A DNA stretch of 64,000 nt, taken from the NCBI GenBank assembly GCA_041556855.1, contig JBFFHS010000002.1, forward strand, positions 26,056 through 90,055. Direction: 5' to 3'. Positions 52,936-63,804 of this stretch are shown here, one piece after another. The stretch's first letter is position 1, and the number at the start of each line of letters is the position of its first letter. The DNA comes from Gammaproteobacteria bacterium (GTDB lineage Bacteria > Pseudomonadota > Gammaproteobacteria > Steroidobacterales > JBFFHS01). The notes beneath the pieces are model-generated. The model did not search any database. It was not told where the DNA came from and saw only the letters and a program-made list of their open reading frames with translations. The position numbers and the translations under genes are program-made.

Positions 52936-53241
52936 CTAGCCCTTCAGCGCGTCCAGCTCTTCCACATTGATGCTCCGCCGGGAGCGGAACAGCACCACGA
53001 GAATGGCCAGACCGATGGCGGCCTCCGCAGCGGCCACGGTCAGAATAAAGAACACGAATACCTGTCCCAGGTGATCGCCGAGCATGCGCGAGAAGGCGAT
53101 GAAATTGAAATTAACGGCCAGCAGCATCAGCTCGATGCACATCAGCAAAAGAATGACGTTTTTCCGATTCAAAAAGATGCCGGCCAAGCTGATGCTGAAT
53201 AGAATGGCTGCCAGCACCAGGTAGTGAGATAGAGGCACCAT
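52936..53241 (-). CDS. nuoK: NADH-quinone oxidoreductase subunit K
   Basis: 101 aa, 3 [14 protein letters not shown] and [13 protein letters not shown]. Confidence 0.92.
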   Translation of the reverse strand: MVPLSHYLVLAAILFSISLAGIFLNRKNVILLLMCIELMLLAVNFNFIAFSRMLGDHLGQVFVFFILTVAAAEAAIGLAILVVLFRSRRSINVEELDALKG

Positions 53242-53244
53242 CGG

Positions 53245-53844
53245 TCAGTCCTTCTCCGCCTCGACCTGCACCAAACGCACCCGATCCTCGCGCTGCACGG
53301 CCACCTGCCGCGCGATGTTCTGCACCTTCAACCCCGGACGGCGCCGCATCGTAAGAGAGATGGCTGCGACGATAGCCAGCAATAGAATGACCGCTGCAAG
53401 CTCAAAAGCGTACACATGCTCCGTATAGAGCACTGCGCCCAACGCCTCGGTGTTACTGTAGCCAGGCTCATTGGGGACGGCCTGTTTGACGAAGTCGGCC
53501 CCGCCGCTGCGCAGCAGCACGACGTTGACAATCTCAATCACCACAATGACCGCCACCACGGCCCCGATGGGGGCATAGCGCGTGAAACCTTCGCGCAGTT
53601 TCTCCACATTGACGTCGAGCATCATCACGACGAACAAAAACAGCACCATCACGGCGCCCACGTAGACCAGCACCAGAGCGATGGCAAGAAACTCCGCCTC
53701 CACCAGCAGCCACAGCACCGCGCTGTTGAAGAATGCCAGCACCAGAAACAGCGCCGAATGCACCGGGTTGCGGGACGTAATCACGCCCAGGGCTGCCACG
53801 ACGAGCACGCCGGCAAACAGATAAAAAAGAATTGCTGGAATCAA
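53245..53844 (-). CDS. nuoJ: NADH-quinone oxidoreductase subunit J
   Basis: 199 aa (ITSRNPVHSALFLVLAFF) in the expected operon position. Confidence 0.9.
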   Translation of the reverse strand: MIPAILFYLFAGVLVVAALGVITSRNPVHSALFLVLAFFNSAVLWLLVEAEFLAIALVLVYVGAVMVLFLFVVMMLDVNVEKLREGFTRYAPIGAVVAVIVVIEIVNVVLLRSGGADFVKQAVPNEPGYSNTEALGAVLYTEHVYAFELAAVILLLAIVAAISLTMRRRPGLKVQNIARQVAVQREDRVRLVQVEAEKD

Positions 53845-53857
53845 CGTGTTTACCCAA

Positions 53858-54337
53858 TCAGCGGTAGAGGGCGTCTGCTGCCTTGTCGGCAGCGATCATG
53901 GTTTCGTACTTGTCGCCGACGGCCAACAGCTTGTCCTTGGTCATGATGTTCTCGCCCCGCTGCTCCATGTGGTATTCATGGATGCGCGTTTCCACAATGG
54001 CATCTACCGGACAGGCTTCCTCACAGAAGCCGCAGTAGATGCACTTGAACAAATCGATGTCATAGCGCTTGGTCCGCCGGGTCCCGTCGGCACCCACCTC
54101 GGAGTCAATGGTGATGGCCAGCGCCGGGCAGACCGCCTCGCAAAGCTTGCAGGCGATACACCGCTCCTCGCCGTTGGGATAGCGGCGCAGCGCGTGCAAC
54201 CCACGGAATCGCGGCGATTGTGGCGTCTTCTCTTCCGGATACTGGATAGTCACCTTCTTCACGAACAGGTTGCGCAGCGTGACCCGCAGACCGCGCAGCA
54301 GTTCCGTGAGCAAAAAGGTCTTGGCAATACTGTTCAT
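53858..54337 (-). CDS. nuoI: NADH-quinone oxidoreductase subunit I
   Basis: Two 4Fe-4S ferredoxin motifs, [12 protein letters not shown] and [12 protein letters not shown]. Confidence 0.95.
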   Translation of the reverse strand: MNSIAKTFLLTELLRGLRVTLRNLFVKKVTIQYPEEKTPQSPRFRGLHALRRYPNGEERCIACKLCEAVCPALAITIDSEVGADGTRRTKRYDIDLFKCIYCGFCEEACPVDAIVETRIHEYHMEQRGENIMTKDKLLAVGDKYETMIAADKAADALYR

Positions 54338-54346
54338 ATTATGAGC

Positions 54347-55441
54347 TCACACCGCCCAGGGACCGATCTCAAACGCCGCCATGACGCCCTCCACCGCAAT
54401 CCAGACGATGGTGACGGGGATGAACACCTTCCACCCCAGGCGCATGATCTGATCGTAGCGGTAGCGCGGAAACGTCGCGCGAAACCACAGAAAGCAAAAC
54501 AGAAAGAATGACAGCTTCACGAGAAACCAGGCCAGACTCGGCGCGGCCAGAAAGCCTAGCGGACCGCCTTCCAAACCCAGCCCCGCAAACGGCGACAGCC
54601 AGCCGCCGAGGAAGAAGATCGCCGTTAGCCCAGCGATCAGAATCATGTTGGCGTATTCGGCCAGGAAGAACAGCGCAAAGCCCATGCCTGAATACTCAAC
54701 GTGAAAGCCCGCCACGATCTCCGATTCGCCCTCCGCCACGTCAAAGGGGGCTCGGTTGGTCTCGGCCACCCCGGAAATGAAATACACAACGAATAAGGGC
54801 AGCAGCGGTAACCAGAACCAGTCCAGCACCGTGCCGGATTGGGCCCGCACGATGGCCCCCAGGTTGAGGCTGCCGCCAGCCATGAGCACGCCCACCAGGG
54901 CGAAGCCCATGGCGATTTCGTAAGCCACGATCTGGGCGGCTGAACGCATGGCCCCCAGCAGTGCGTACTTGGAATTCGTGGACCAGCCCGCCAGAATCAC
55001 GCCGTACACCGCCAACGAGGTCAGAGCCAGCACGTACAGCAACCCCGCATTGATGTCTGCCAGCACGAAGGAATCATTGAACGGAATGACTGCCCAGGCG
55101 GAGAAAGCGGGCACCAGCACCAGCAGGGGTGCCACAATGAACAGGAAACGATTGGCGTTGCTGGGAATCACGATTTCCTTCAGCAACAGCTTGATCACAT
55201 CCGCGAAGGGCTGCAGCAAGCCCTTGAAACCGACCCGGTTCGGACCGATGCGGTTCTGCATGTACCCGATGATCTTGCGTTCAGCATAGGTCAGGTAGGC
55301 AACGCCGAGGATCAGCGGCACCAGCACCAGGACGATCTTCAGGCTGGTGACGATGAGATAGCGCAGCAGCTCAGGCAGCGCCATCCATAAGGGCAACAGG
55401 GGCGTGAGCAGCCCCAACACCCAGTCCCAGGCCGCCGCCAC
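54347..55441 (-). CDS. nuoH: NADH-quinone oxidoreductase subunit H
   Basis: [20 protein letters not shown] and [16 protein letters not shown] motifs. Confidence 0.95.
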   Translation of the reverse strand: MAAAWDWVLGLLTPLLPLWMALPELLRYLIVTSLKIVLVLVPLILGVAYLTYAERKIIGYMQNRIGPNRVGFKGLLQPFADVIKLLLKEIVIPSNANRFLFIVAPLLVLVPAFSAWAVIPFNDSFVLADINAGLLYVLALTSLAVYGVILAGWSTNSKYALLGAMRSAAQIVAYEIAMGFALVGVLMAGGSLNLGAIVRAQSGTVLDWFWLPLLPLFVVYFISGVAETNRAPFDVAEGESEIVAGFHVEYSGMGFALFFLAEYANMILIAGLTAIFFLGGWLSPFAGLGLEGGPLGFLAAPSLAWFLVKLSFFLFCFLWFRATFPRYRYDQIMRLGWKVFIPVTIVWIAVEGVMAAFEIGPWAV

Positions 55442-55447
55442 AGCGCC

Positions 55448-57655
55448 CTACCCGTTTACCGCCCGCGCCCTGGGCGCCGGCGCAGTCGTTTCGCGTGCGA
55501 TGGCTGTCTCCTGGAGGGGTAAGGCGCGCCGCACCAGCGCATCGACGCTGTATATGGGCACATCCAGATCGGCCAGGCTGACCTCAGGCTGCTCGGCGGT
55601 CGCGCTGAAACTGCCCCGATAGGCCGTATCGGTGCTGACCTCGCCCAATTGCGCCACCAGTTCGTCGCGCAGCTCGCTTGCCGCACCATAATCGCAATCG
55701 GGCAGCTCGAGCCGATTGCCAAGCACCCGCAACACCTTCCATCCCGGCCGGGCCTCCCCAGGCGGCTGTGCCGCCTGCTCAAAGCTCTGCCAGCGACCCT
55801 CACCATTGACAAATGTGCCGTCCGTTTCGGCAAAGGTACTGATAGGGAGCAGCACGTCGGCGCAGGCCAGCAGATCGGGCCCCTTGAAGGCCGTGCAGGC
55901 AATCACGGCATCCGCGGCCTGCAGGGCCTGCTCGGTGAGCTCGCTCTTGGCTGTGTCTGCCGCCGGCTCCAGCCCGAACAGCACGTAGACTTTACGCGGC
56001 GCGGCAAGCATGGCCATCGCGTCCAGCCCGACCGCATCCGCCGCAGCGCCACCCACGGACCGATGGGGCAGGAAGCCGGCCAGCGTTGCGCCAACGCTGT
56101 TGCCGCCTTCGCTGACGTACCCCAGGCGCGCGCCGGTAAGCTCGGCAAGGGCGCCCGCCGCGGCGCGAATTTCGGCGAATTCCGGATGCCGCTGAGCCAT
56201 CAAACCCAGCAGAACCAGCGCCCTGGGCTGCTCGATCAAGGCCGCGGCCGCATGCGCCTGGATGGCATCGGGTGCTACGCCATCGATCAAGCGCGCCAAG
56301 TGCCCCGGAACCGGCGCGTTAACCTGCTCAGCAGCGGCCACCAGCACGCCAGCCAGACCCCGCGGCAGATCGGCCGGGCCAGTGGTCACGTGAGCGGTCA
56401 CGGGGAACTGGTAGCTGAATTCGGCGGGATTCACGAACGCGATGCGGCCGCCGCCCAGGGCCGCCTTGCGAATCCTGTGGGCCAGCATCGGCGCCTCCCG
56501 ACGCAAATTGCAGCCCACTGCCAGCAGACCGTCCAGGCTATCGAAGGCCGCCAGCGCTTGCCCGAGCCCTGGCCATGCCGGATCCGCTGTCTGATCCCGA
56601 AAATCGCGGCGTCGCAGCCGGTGATCCAGGTTGTGGGTGCCCAGGTGTCGACTCAGGCGCGCCAGCAAATAGGCTTCTTCGGTGGTGGCTGTGGGCGATA
56701 GCAACACGCCCAGGGATTCCGGTGAATCTGTCTGACCGCTGCGAATTGCCTCGGTGGCCCGATCCAGCGCCAGATCCCAGCTGACTTCCCGCCACTCCCC
56801 GTCATCTTTCACCATGGGCACGGTGAGCCGATCCGACGCGTTGAGACCCTCGCAGCTGAACCGATCCCGGTCGGCGATCCAGGTCTCATTCACCGCCTCA
56901 TTTTCCCGGGGGACGATGCGCTTGAGCTCGCCGCGAGCCACGTGGCCAAACAGGTTTGATCCCACGCAGTCGTGCGGGGACACCAGTGGGCGAGATACCA
57001 TTTCCCAGGCCCGGGCGCTGTAGCGATAGGGTTTGTTGTTGAGCGCGCCCACGGGACACACGTCGATGATGTTACCCGACAGCTCGTGATCGACGCTGCG
57101 TTCGATGTATGTGCCGATCTCCATACTCTCGCCACGCCCCGTGGTACCCAGTTCCTGGATGCCGGCCACTTCCTGACCGAACCGCACGCAGCGCGTGCAG
57201 TGAATGCAGCGGGTCATATCGGTGGAAACGAGGGGGCCCAGATTCTTGTCTTTAACCACCCGCTTGGTCTCGGTGTAGCGGGACACGTCCCGACCGAAGC
57301 CCATGGCCAGATCCTGCAACTCGCATTCCCCGCCCTGATCACAGATCGGGCAGTCCAGCGGGTGGTTGATCAGCAGGAACTCCATGGTGGCCTTCTGGGC
57401 GGCGATAGCCGCCTCCGAGCGCGTGAAGACTTTCATGCCCTCCCCCACCGGGGTGGCGCAAGCCGGCAGCGGCTTGGGCACGTTCTCCACTTCCACCAGA
57501 CACATGCGGCAATTGGCCGCGATGCTCAGCTTGCTGTGGTAACAGAAACGCGGCACATAGGCGCGCCGGGCATCGGTCACCTCGATCAGCATCTGGCCCG
57601 GGCGGGCTTCTACCTCGACGCCGTCGACCTGGAGTTTGACCGTGTCCTCACTCAT
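55448..57655 (-). CDS. nuoG: NADH-quinone oxidoreductase subunit G (75-kDa type)
   Basis: N-terminal 2Fe-2S and 4Fe-4S motifs: CYHSKLSIAANCRMCLVEV, HPLDCPICDQGGECELQ, CIHCTRCVRF. Confidence 0.95.
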   Translation of the reverse strand: MSEDTVKLQVDGVEVEARPGQMLIEVTDARRAYVPRFCYHSKLSIAANCRMCLVEVENVPKPLPACATPVGEGMKVFTRSEAAIAAQKATMEFLLINHPLDCPICDQGGECELQDLAMGFGRDVSRYTETKRVVKDKNLGPLVSTDMTRCIHCTRCVRFGQEVAGIQELGTTGRGESMEIGTYIERSVDHELSGNIIDVCPVGALNNKPYRYSARAWEMVSRPLVSPHDCVGSNLFGHVARGELKRIVPRENEAVNETWIADRDRFSCEGLNASDRLTVPMVKDDGEWREVSWDLALDRATEAIRSGQTDSPESLGVLLSPTATTEEAYLLARLSRHLGTHNLDHRLRRRDFRDQTADPAWPGLGQALAAFDSLDGLLAVGCNLRREAPMLAHRIRKAALGGGRIAFVNPAEFSYQFPVTAHVTTGPADLPRGLAGVLVAAAEQVNAPVPGHLARLIDGVAPDAIQAHAAAALIEQPRALVLLGLMAQRHPEFAEIRAAAGALAELTGARLGYVSEGGNSVGATLAGFLPHRSVGGAAADAVGLDAMAMLAAPRKVYVLFGLEPAADTAKSELTEQALQAADAVIACTAFKGPDLLACADVLLPISTFAETDGTFVNGEGRWQSFEQAAQPPGEARPGWKVLRVLGNRLELPDCDYGAASELRDELVAQLGEVSTDTAYRGSFSATAEQPEVSLADLDVPIYSVDALVRRALPLQETAIARETTAPAPRARAVNG

Positions 57656-57670
57656 CCTCTAAGTCCTGCC

Positions 57671-58984
57671 TCACGCCGCCGCGGCCTGGGCATCGTCCAC
57701 GATGCTGCGGCCGCCGTTAGTCACCATGTACTCGAATTCGTGGCGGAAATGTTTCAGGAAGCTCTGCACGGGCCACGCGGCGGCATCGCCCAGGGCACAG
57801 ATTGTGTGACCCTCAATCTTGTTGGCCACGTCCACCAGCATGTCCAGGTCTGCCTGGGTGCCAGCGCCCTCGGTAATACGAGTCAGTACCCGATACAGCC
57901 AGCCAGTGCCCTCCCGGCAGGGCGTGCATTGACCGCAGGATTCCGCATAGTAGAAGCGGGAAATGCGCCGCAACATGCTGACCATGCAGGTGGTGTCATC
58001 CATGACCACGACCGCTCCGGTGCCCAGCGCCGAGCCCGCCTCCTGCAGCGCTTTAAAATCCATGGTGATGTTCATCATGGTGTCCGCCGGCACCACCGGC
58101 ACCGACGAGCCGCCGGGAATGACGGCCTTCAGCGCGCGGCCGTCGCGAACCCCGCCGGCAATATCCAGAAGATCCGGGAACGGTATCCCCAAGGGCAATT
58201 CGTAGTTTCCAGGCCGATTGACGTGTCCCGAAACGGCGAAGATGGCCGTGCCGCCGGACGCTTCCACACCCAGATCCGCGAACCACTGGGCGCCATTGCG
58301 GATAATGCTCGGCACCGAGGCCAGGCTTTGGGTGTTGTTGATGGTCGTCGGCTGGCCGTACAGGCCAAAGTTGGCCGGAAAAGGTGGTTTGAACCGCGGC
58401 TTGCCCTGCTTGCCTTCCAGGGATTCCAGCAGGGCCGTTTCCTCGCCACAGATATAAGCCCCGGCGCCGACAAAGCTATGCAGATCAAAATCCACGCCCG
58501 AGCCCTTGATGTCCTTGCCCAGCCAGCCGGCCTGATAGGCTTCCTGCAGTGCTGCCTCGAACCGGGGTACCGGCTCGCCCAGGAATTCGCCCCGAATATA
58601 GTTGTAGCCGACGGTCGCGCCCATCGCATAACCGGCGATGGCCATGCCCTCGATCAGGGCATGGGGGTTGTAGCGCAGGATCTCCCGGTCGTGGCAGGTA
58701 CCCGGCTCGCTCTCATCAGAGTTGCAGACGAGATACTTCTGGCCCGGCGCGTTGCGCGGCATGAAGCTCCACTTCAATCCGGTAGGGAATCCCGCCCCGC
58801 CGCGGCCACGCAGCCCCGATGCCTTGACCTCTTCGATGACAGCGGCCTGATCCAGTTCGCCGGCCAGCACCTTCTGCCAGGCCTGGTAGCCACCCAACTT
58901 GAGGTAGTTCTGCAACGACCAGGGCTGGTCTTCAAACTGCAGGGTCGCAAGGCAAACCTGATTCAACTGTTCCGTGTAGCTCAC
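57671..58984 (-). CDS. nuoF: NADH-quinone oxidoreductase subunit F
   Basis: FMN/NADH site [16 protein letters not shown] and cluster N3 motif [12 protein letters not shown]. Confidence 0.95.
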   Translation of the reverse strand: MSYTEQLNQVCLATLQFEDQPWSLQNYLKLGGYQAWQKVLAGELDQAAVIEEVKASGLRGRGGAGFPTGLKWSFMPRNAPGQKYLVCNSDESEPGTCHDREILRYNPHALIEGMAIAGYAMGATVGYNYIRGEFLGEPVPRFEAALQEAYQAGWLGKDIKGSGVDFDLHSFVGAGAYICGEETALLESLEGKQGKPRFKPPFPANFGLYGQPTTINNTQSLASVPSIIRNGAQWFADLGVEASGGTAIFAVSGHVNRPGNYELPLGIPFPDLLDIAGGVRDGRALKAVIPGGSSVPVVPADTMMNITMDFKALQEAGSALGTGAVVVMDDTTCMVSMLRRISRFYYAESCGQCTPCREGTGWLYRVLTRITEGAGTQADLDMLVDVANKIEGHTICALGDAAAWPVQSFLKHFRHEFEYMVTNGGRSIVDDAQAAAA

Positions 58985-58995
58985 CGCATCAATCC

Positions 58996-59499
58996 CTAGT
59001 CCAACGCGTCGATGATCTCGTCTACCTTCTCAGGCGTGAGATTCTCGTAAAAAATGTGATCCACCATCATCATCGGCGCGCCGCAGCAGGCCGCCAGACA
59101 CTCTTCCTCCCGTTTCAGAAACACACGACCGTCCGCTGTGCTCTCGCCCTGCTTGATACCGAGTTTCTGCTCCAGATGGCTGACGAGGTCATCGGCACCA
59201 CACAGCATGCAGGAGATGTTGGTACAGACCGAGACACAGTGACGACCAACGGGTTTGGTCTCGAACATGGAATAGAAAGTCGCCACCTCATAGACCTGAA
59301 TAGGCGGTAAATTCAGATACGCCGCCACAGCATCCATGAGCTCAGGGGTCAAGTAGCCCTGGTTGTCGTGCTGCACCGCCTGCAGCGCGGCAATCACGGC
59401 CGAGCGCTGCTTGCCATCCGGAAACTTGCTGACCCAATGGTCGATCTCCTGACGGGCATGCTCGGACAGCAGCGTCACCGGATCAGCCGCGGGACTCAT
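58996..59499 (-). CDS. nuoE: NADH-quinone oxidoreductase subunit E
   Basis: 2Fe-2S cysteines in [14 protein letters not shown] and [12 protein letters not shown]. Confidence 0.93.
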   Translation of the reverse strand: MSPAADPVTLLSEHARQEIDHWVSKFPDGKQRSAVIAALQAVQHDNQGYLTPELMDAVAAYLNLPPIQVYEVATFYSMFETKPVGRHCVSVCTNISCMLCGADDLVSHLEQKLGIKQGESTADGRVFLKREEECLAACCGAPMMMVDHIFYENLTPEKVDEIIDALD

Positions 59500-60749
59500 C
59501 GGTCGACCTCCCCGAAGACGATGTCCTGGGTGCCGATGACGGCGACCACATCAGCCAGCATGTGGCCCTCCACCATCTCGCTCATGGACGCCAGGTGCGC
59601 AAACCCGGGCGGCCGCACCTTGAGCCGGTAGGGTTTGTTGGCCCCGTCAGAGATCAGGTAGCACCCGAACTCGCCCTTGGGATGCTCCACGGCAGCGTAG
59701 GCCTCGCCCTCGGGCACGCAATAGCCTTCGGTGAACAGTTTGAAGTGATGGATCAACGACTCCATGTCGTCCTTCATTTCCACCCGCCGGGGCGGCGTGA
59801 TCTTATGGTCGTCCAGCATCACCGGCCCGGGGTTGTCGCGCAGCCAGTCGATGCATTGCTTGATGATGCGGTTGGACTGGCGCATTTCCTCAACCCGAAC
59901 CAGATAACGGTCGTAGCAGTCGCCGTTCACGCCCACCGGGATATCGAAATCCAACTGGTCGTAAACTTCGTAGGTCTGCTGTTTGCGCAAATCCCAGGCC
60001 ACACCGGAGCCGCGCAGCATTGGCCCGGTAAAGCCCAGCTGCATGGCCCGTTCCGGGGACACCACGCCAATATTCACGGTGCGCTGCTTCCAGATGCGAT
60101 TGTCCGTTAGCAGCGTCTCGTAATCGTCGACACAGCCGGGAAAGCGCTCCGCAAAAGCTGCCAGAAAATCCAGCAGCGAGCCGCTGCGCGCCTCGTTGAG
60201 CCGCTCCAGGTCCTGGCTGCTCAGGCGTGAGGATGGCTGATGGCGCGGCATCTCGTCCGGGAGATCCCGATAGACGCCGCCCGGGCGGTAGTAGGTGGCA
60301 TGCATCCGGGTGCCGGAGACCGCCTCGTAGCAGTCCATCAGATCTTCCCGTTCCCGGAAGCAGTACAGGAACATCGTCATCGCCCCGATGTCGAGGCCGT
60401 GTGCCCCCAGCCACATCAAGTGATTGAGGATGCGCGTGATCTCGTCGAACATGACGCGAATGTACCGGGCCCGCAGAGGTGGCTCGATGCCCAGTAATTT
60501 TTCAATGGCCAGCACATAGCCATGCTCATTGCACATCATGGACACGTAATCGAGGCGGTCCATGTAGCCAATGCTCTGGTTGTAGGGTTTACTTTCGGCC
60601 AGCTTTTCAGTCGCACGATGCAGCAGGCCGACGTGGGGATCTGCCTTGATGATGACTTCCCCGTCCAGTTCCAACACCAGCCGCAACACCCCATGAGCCG
60701 CCGGGTGCTGCGGTCCAAAATTCATGGTGTAGTTCTGGATTTCAGGCAC
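59496..60749 (-). CDS. nuoD: NADH-quinone oxidoreductase subunit D
   Basis: [15 protein letters not shown] near the N-terminus. Start set to GTG 60749, which overlaps the nuoC stop (GTGCCTGA). The ORF-track extension to 60824 lies inside nuoC. Confidence 0.93.
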   Translation of the reverse strand: MPEIQNYTMNFGPQHPAAHGVLRLVLELDGEVIIKADPHVGLLHRATEKLAESKPYNQSIGYMDRLDYVSMMCNEHGYVLAIEKLLGIEPPLRARYIRVMFDEITRILNHLMWLGAHGLDIGAMTMFLYCFREREDLMDCYEAVSGTRMHATYYRPGGVYRDLPDEMPRHQPSSRLSSQDLERLNEARSGSLLDFLAAFAERFPGCVDDYETLLTDNRIWKQRTVNIGVVSPERAMQLGFTGPMLRGSGVAWDLRKQQTYEVYDQLDFDIPVGVNGDCYDRYLVRVEEMRQSNRIIKQCIDWLRDNPGPVMLDDHKITPPRRVEMKDDMESLIHHFKLFTEGYCVPEGEAYAAVEHPKGEFGCYLISDGANKPYRLKVRPPGFAHLASMSEMVEGHMLADVVAVIGTQDIVFGEVDR

Positions 60750-61503
60750 GGTCCTTGTCCTTGATGGCCGGCGTGTAGCGGTTGTCCACGCGAATGACCT
60801 TTGGCACCAGGGTGCGCGGCTCAATGGTCACGGGCTGATAGACAACCCGCCCCTTTTCCGGGTCGTAGCGCATCTCCACGTTACCCGTGAGCGGAAAATC
60901 CTTGCGAAACGGGTGACCGATAAAGCCGTAGTCCGTCAGGATGCGGCGCAAATCCGGGTGCCCCTTGAAGAGAATACCGAACAGATCGAAGGCTTCTCGT
61001 TCGAACCAATTGGCCGAGGCCCAGATGTCGATGACCGACGGTACCAGCGGCTCGTCGTCATCCGCGCAGAACACTTTGAGCCGCAGGCGATGGCGATGGG
61101 TAATGGAGAGCAAATGGTAAACCACGGCAAAGCGGGCCGGTGGTTGGTACAGCGCTACGTCAACGTCGCCATCGCCCGGAAGAGATGGCGTACCGCGATC
61201 CACGCCGCGGCTGAAACCGCTACCGGTGGCAGAACTGGTGCGCCATTCATCGCGCCCGTAGTCCAGATAGTCGACGCCGCAGACATCTACCAGCATCTCG
61301 AATTTGAACGCAGCCCCATCCCGCAGCACCGTCGCACATTCCAGCAGAGCTTCGGGAGCCAGGCAGTAGCCGAGCTCGCCGCATCGACTGGGCAAGCGTT
61401 GCATCTGGTCACCCAGCTCCGCCTCGACGGCAGCAGCGAGCTGTTCGTATCTGGAGTTCAAGTTACTGGCTACCGTCGTGTCCTGCGTCGTACGGGGCGT
61501 CAC
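60742..61503 (-). CDS. nuoC: NADH-quinone oxidoreductase subunit C (separate from D)
   Basis: [30 protein letters not shown] motif, 253 aa. Confidence 0.93.
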   Translation of the reverse strand: MTPRTTQDTTVASNLNSRYEQLAAAVEAELGDQMQRLPSRCGELGYCLAPEALLECATVLRDGAAFKFEMLVDVCGVDYLDYGRDEWRTSSATGSGFSRGVDRGTPSLPGDGDVDVALYQPPARFAVVYHLLSITHRHRLRLKVFCADDDEPLVPSVIDIWASANWFEREAFDLFGILFKGHPDLRRILTDYGFIGHPFRKDFPLTGNVEMRYDPEKGRVVYQPVTIEPRTLVPKVIRVDNRYTPAIKDKDRA

Positions 61504-61506
61504 CTG

Positions 61507-62010
61507 TCAGCGGGCGATGGTATGGGTCCGGCGGATCTTCTTTTGCAGCTGAATGATGCCGTAGAGCAGCGCCTCAGCCGTGGGCGGACAACCGGGCACG
61601 TACACATCTACCGGCACGATGCGATCACATCCCCTGACGACTGAATAGGAATAGTGGTAATAACCACCGCCGTTGGCACAGGACCCCATTGAGATCACCC
61701 AGCGGGGCTCGGGCATCTGGTCGTAGACCTTGCGCAGCGCAGGCGCCATCTTGTTGCATAAGGTGCCCGCTACGATCATGACGTCGGATTGCCGCGGGCT
61801 GGGTCGAAATACGATTCCGAATCGATCCAGGTCGTAGCGGGCCGCTCCTGCCTGCATCATTTCCACGGCGCAGCAGGCCAGACCAAAGGTCATCGGCCAC
61901 ATGGACCCGGTGCGGGCCCAGTTGATCAGGCTGTCAAGTTTGGTAACGACAAAGCCCCGCTCGATGATCGCAGGAATGGCCTCTCCCTCGGCCGGCGCGC
62001 CTAATCCCAT
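61507..62010 (-). CDS. nuoB: NADH-quinone oxidoreductase subunit B
   Basis: N2-cluster cysteines: [26 protein letters not shown]. Start set to ATG 62010, overlapping the nuoA end by 10 nt. The ORF-track extension to 62229 lies inside nuoA. Confidence 0.93.
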   Translation of the reverse strand: MGLGAPAEGEAIPAIIERGFVVTKLDSLINWARTGSMWPMTFGLACCAVEMMQAGAARYDLDRFGIVFRPSPRQSDVMIVAGTLCNKMAPALRKVYDQMPEPRWVISMGSCANGGGYYHYSYSVVRGCDRIVPVDVYVPGCPPTAEALLYGIIQLQKKIRRTHTIAR

Positions 62011-62357
62011 TCCAGGGCTCCTTTTTTCCACTCGTAGATGAAGCCCACCACGAGCAGGGCCAGAAAAATTCCCATGGAAATGAGACCAAACAGGCCGATG
62101 CGGTCTAAAGACACCGCCCACGGAAAAAGAAAGGCGATTTCCAAATCGAAGATAATGAACAGGATGGCGACCAGGTAATACCGCACGTCGAAGCGCATCC
62201 TCGAGTCCTCGAAAGCCTCGAAACCGCATTCGTAGGGAGACAGTTTTGCCGAGTCCTTCTCGCCGCTACCGAAGACGAAACCCAGCCCCAATAGAGCCAG
62301 TCCCAGAACGCTGGAGATCGCCAGGAAGATCAGTATCGGCGCGTAGTTCGCCAGCAT
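62001..62357 (-). CDS. nuoA: NADH-quinone oxidoreductase subunit A
   Basis: 118 aa, 3 [10 protein letters not shown] and [12 protein letters not shown] motifs. Confidence 0.93.
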   Translation of the reverse strand: MLANYAPILIFLAISSVLGLALLGLGFVFGSGEKDSAKLSPYECGFEAFEDSRMRFDVRYYLVAILFIIFDLEIAFLFPWAVSLDRIGLFGLISMGIFLALLVVGFIYEWKKGALEWD

Positions 62358-62390
62358 CCGCTTCAGTACCCCTGCGCAAAAAGCGCGGCA

Positions 62391-62396
62391 ATTATA
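62391..62396 (-). promoter_or_regulatory. Possible -10 box of the nuo promoter
   Basis: A perfect TATAAT on the minus strand, 34 nt upstream of the nuoA ATG, in otherwise GC-rich sequence. Only a weak -35 candidate (CTGAAC) is present. Confidence 0.3.
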
Positions 62397-62439
62397 ACAG
62401 CGGCGCGTCGCTGTTCAGCGCCCGCGCCGCGTTGCGTTG

Positions 62440-62524
62440 TGGTGCCGATGGCCGGACTCGAACCGGCACGGCTTGCGCCACTGCCCCCTCAAGACAGCGT
62501 GTCTACCAGTTCCACCACATCGGC
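62440..62524 (-). tRNA. tRNA-Leu (GAG)
   Basis: 85-nt reverse complement: GCCGATGTGGTGGAACTGGTAGACACGCTGTCTTGAGGGGGCAGTGGCGCAAGCCGTGCCGGTTCGAGTCCGGCCATCGGCACCA. It has a long variable arm, anticodon loop TTGAGGG, and sits directly after secG as in many gammaproteobacteria. Confidence 0.9.
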
Positions 62525-62531
62525 TGTTGGT

Positions 62532-62924
62532 TCAATTCTCCTCAGCCGGACCGCTCTGCTCACCCTGGGTCTCAGCCGGCGGCGCCAGATCCGGCAGCGC
62601 CGGCAGCACCTCCTCCTCGACAACGGGCAATGCCTGAGGCTCAGGCTCTTCAGTGACCACGCTATCCAGCAGGCTCGACGGCTGGGTCCTCTGGGAGCCC
62701 AGGTACGCCAGGCTCAGGCTGGTCACGAAAAACAGGGTTGCCAGCACAGCGGTGGTCCGCGAGAAAAAGTTAGACGATCCCCGTGCGCCGAACACCGTGC
62801 CGGACGCGCCCGCGCCGAAACCGGTGCCAGCTTCCGCACCCTTGCCGCGTTGCAGAAGCACCAGAGCAATCAGTAATAGAGCGATGGCCAGGTGAGCGAT
62901 CAGGACTGCCGACTGCAACGTCAT
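62532..62924 (-). CDS. secG: Preprotein translocase subunit SecG (with acidic/Pro-rich C-terminal tail)
   Basis: LLIALVLLQRGKGAEAGTGFGAGASGTVFGARGSSNF, the typical SecG core. Lies between tpiA and tRNA-Leu. Confidence 0.88.
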   Translation of the reverse strand: MTLQSAVLIAHLAIALLLIALVLLQRGKGAEAGTGFGAGASGTVFGARGSSNFFSRTTAVLATLFFVTSLSLAYLGSQRTQPSSLLDSVVTEEPEPQALPVVEEEVLPALPDLAPPAETQGEQSGPAEEN

Positions 62925-62939
62925 AGGACATCCGCCCCG

Positions 62940-63698
62940 TCAGGAGGCGGCCTCGATAATCTGGAGAAATTCCTGAGCCTTCAGCGACGCGCCGCCCACC
63001 AGACCGCCGTCGATGTCGGTCATGGCAAACAGTTCCCGGGCGTTGGCCGCCTTCACGCTGCCGCCGTAGAGGATTCTTAAACCGTCCGCGATTGTAGCAT
63101 CCTGGGCGGCAATCTTGCCGCGAATGAAACTGTGCACCGCCTGGGCCTGATCCGGCGTCGCTGTCTGGCCCGTGCCAATGGCCCAGACCGGCTCGTAGGC
63201 CACCACGGCATGCTCGAGAACAGCCACGCCAAGGCGCTCGACCACCGCCGCCAGCTGCCGCTCAATGACCGTCTCCGTCGTGGCGGCCTGCCGCTCCCCA
63301 AGGGTCTCGCCAACGCAGAGGACCGGAATCAGCCCCGCTTCCTGGGCGCGGGCAAACTTGTTTGCCACCAGTTCATCAGACTCACCGTGGATGTCGCGAC
63401 GTTCCGAATGCCCCACCAGCACATAGGCGCAACCGATATCCGCCAGCATGGCGCCACCAACATCCCCCGTAAAGGCGCCCTCGCCAGGCTGATCGCTGAG
63501 ATCCTGGGCGCCCAGCACCAACGGCCCGCTATCAAGTGCCTCGGCAATCGGCGCCAGATGGGGGAAGGCCGGGCAAATCAGCACCTCGGCTGCTGCCTCC
63601 CGGTCCGCAAGCCCGGTGGACAGCGCCCCCACCAGGGCACGACCTGACGCCAGGGTGCCATGCATCTTCCAGTTACCGGCCACCAGCGGCGTGCGCAT
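62940..63698 (-). CDS. tpiA: Triosephosphate isomerase
   Basis: MRTPLVAGNWKMHG start (ATG 63698), VLVGHSERR, AYEPVWAIGTG, YGGSVK. Confidence 0.93.
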   Translation of the reverse strand: MRTPLVAGNWKMHGTLASGRALVGALSTGLADREAAAEVLICPAFPHLAPIAEALDSGPLVLGAQDLSDQPGEGAFTGDVGGAMLADIGCAYVLVGHSERRDIHGESDELVANKFARAQEAGLIPVLCVGETLGERQAATTETVIERQLAAVVERLGVAVLEHAVVAYEPVWAIGTGQTATPDQAQAVHSFIRGKIAAQDATIADGLRILYGGSVKAANARELFAMTDIDGGLVGGASLKAQEFLQIIEAAS

Positions 63699-63804
63699 CG
63701 TGTTCAGCCTCGTGATGAATCCAGGGGGCGACGCCACGGGGACCGCGACGAAGGCGGCGCCAGCTTACTGAGGGGCCAGCCTCAAATCAACGGGTTAAGC
63801 GATT

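Noticed and set aside
51031-53202. 723-aa plus-strand ORF antisense to nuoL/nuoK
   Set aside because: Its translation is a low-complexity H/Q/R/G-rich mirror image of hydrophobic codons. The opposite strand carries unmistakable nuo genes with catalytic motifs. Long antisense ORFs of this kind are expected in high-GC DNA.
56972-58999. 675-aa plus-strand ORF antisense to nuoG/nuoF
   Set aside because: Same reasoning as above. It has no start context or motifs, and it overlaps genes with clear Fe-S and FMN motifs on the other strand.
60750-60824. Upstream extensions of the nuoD ORF (to 60824) and the nuoB ORF (62011-62229)
   Set aside because: The extensions lie inside nuoC and nuoA respectively. 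Conserved N-termini start at GTG 60749 and ATG 62010, with typical stop/start coupling.
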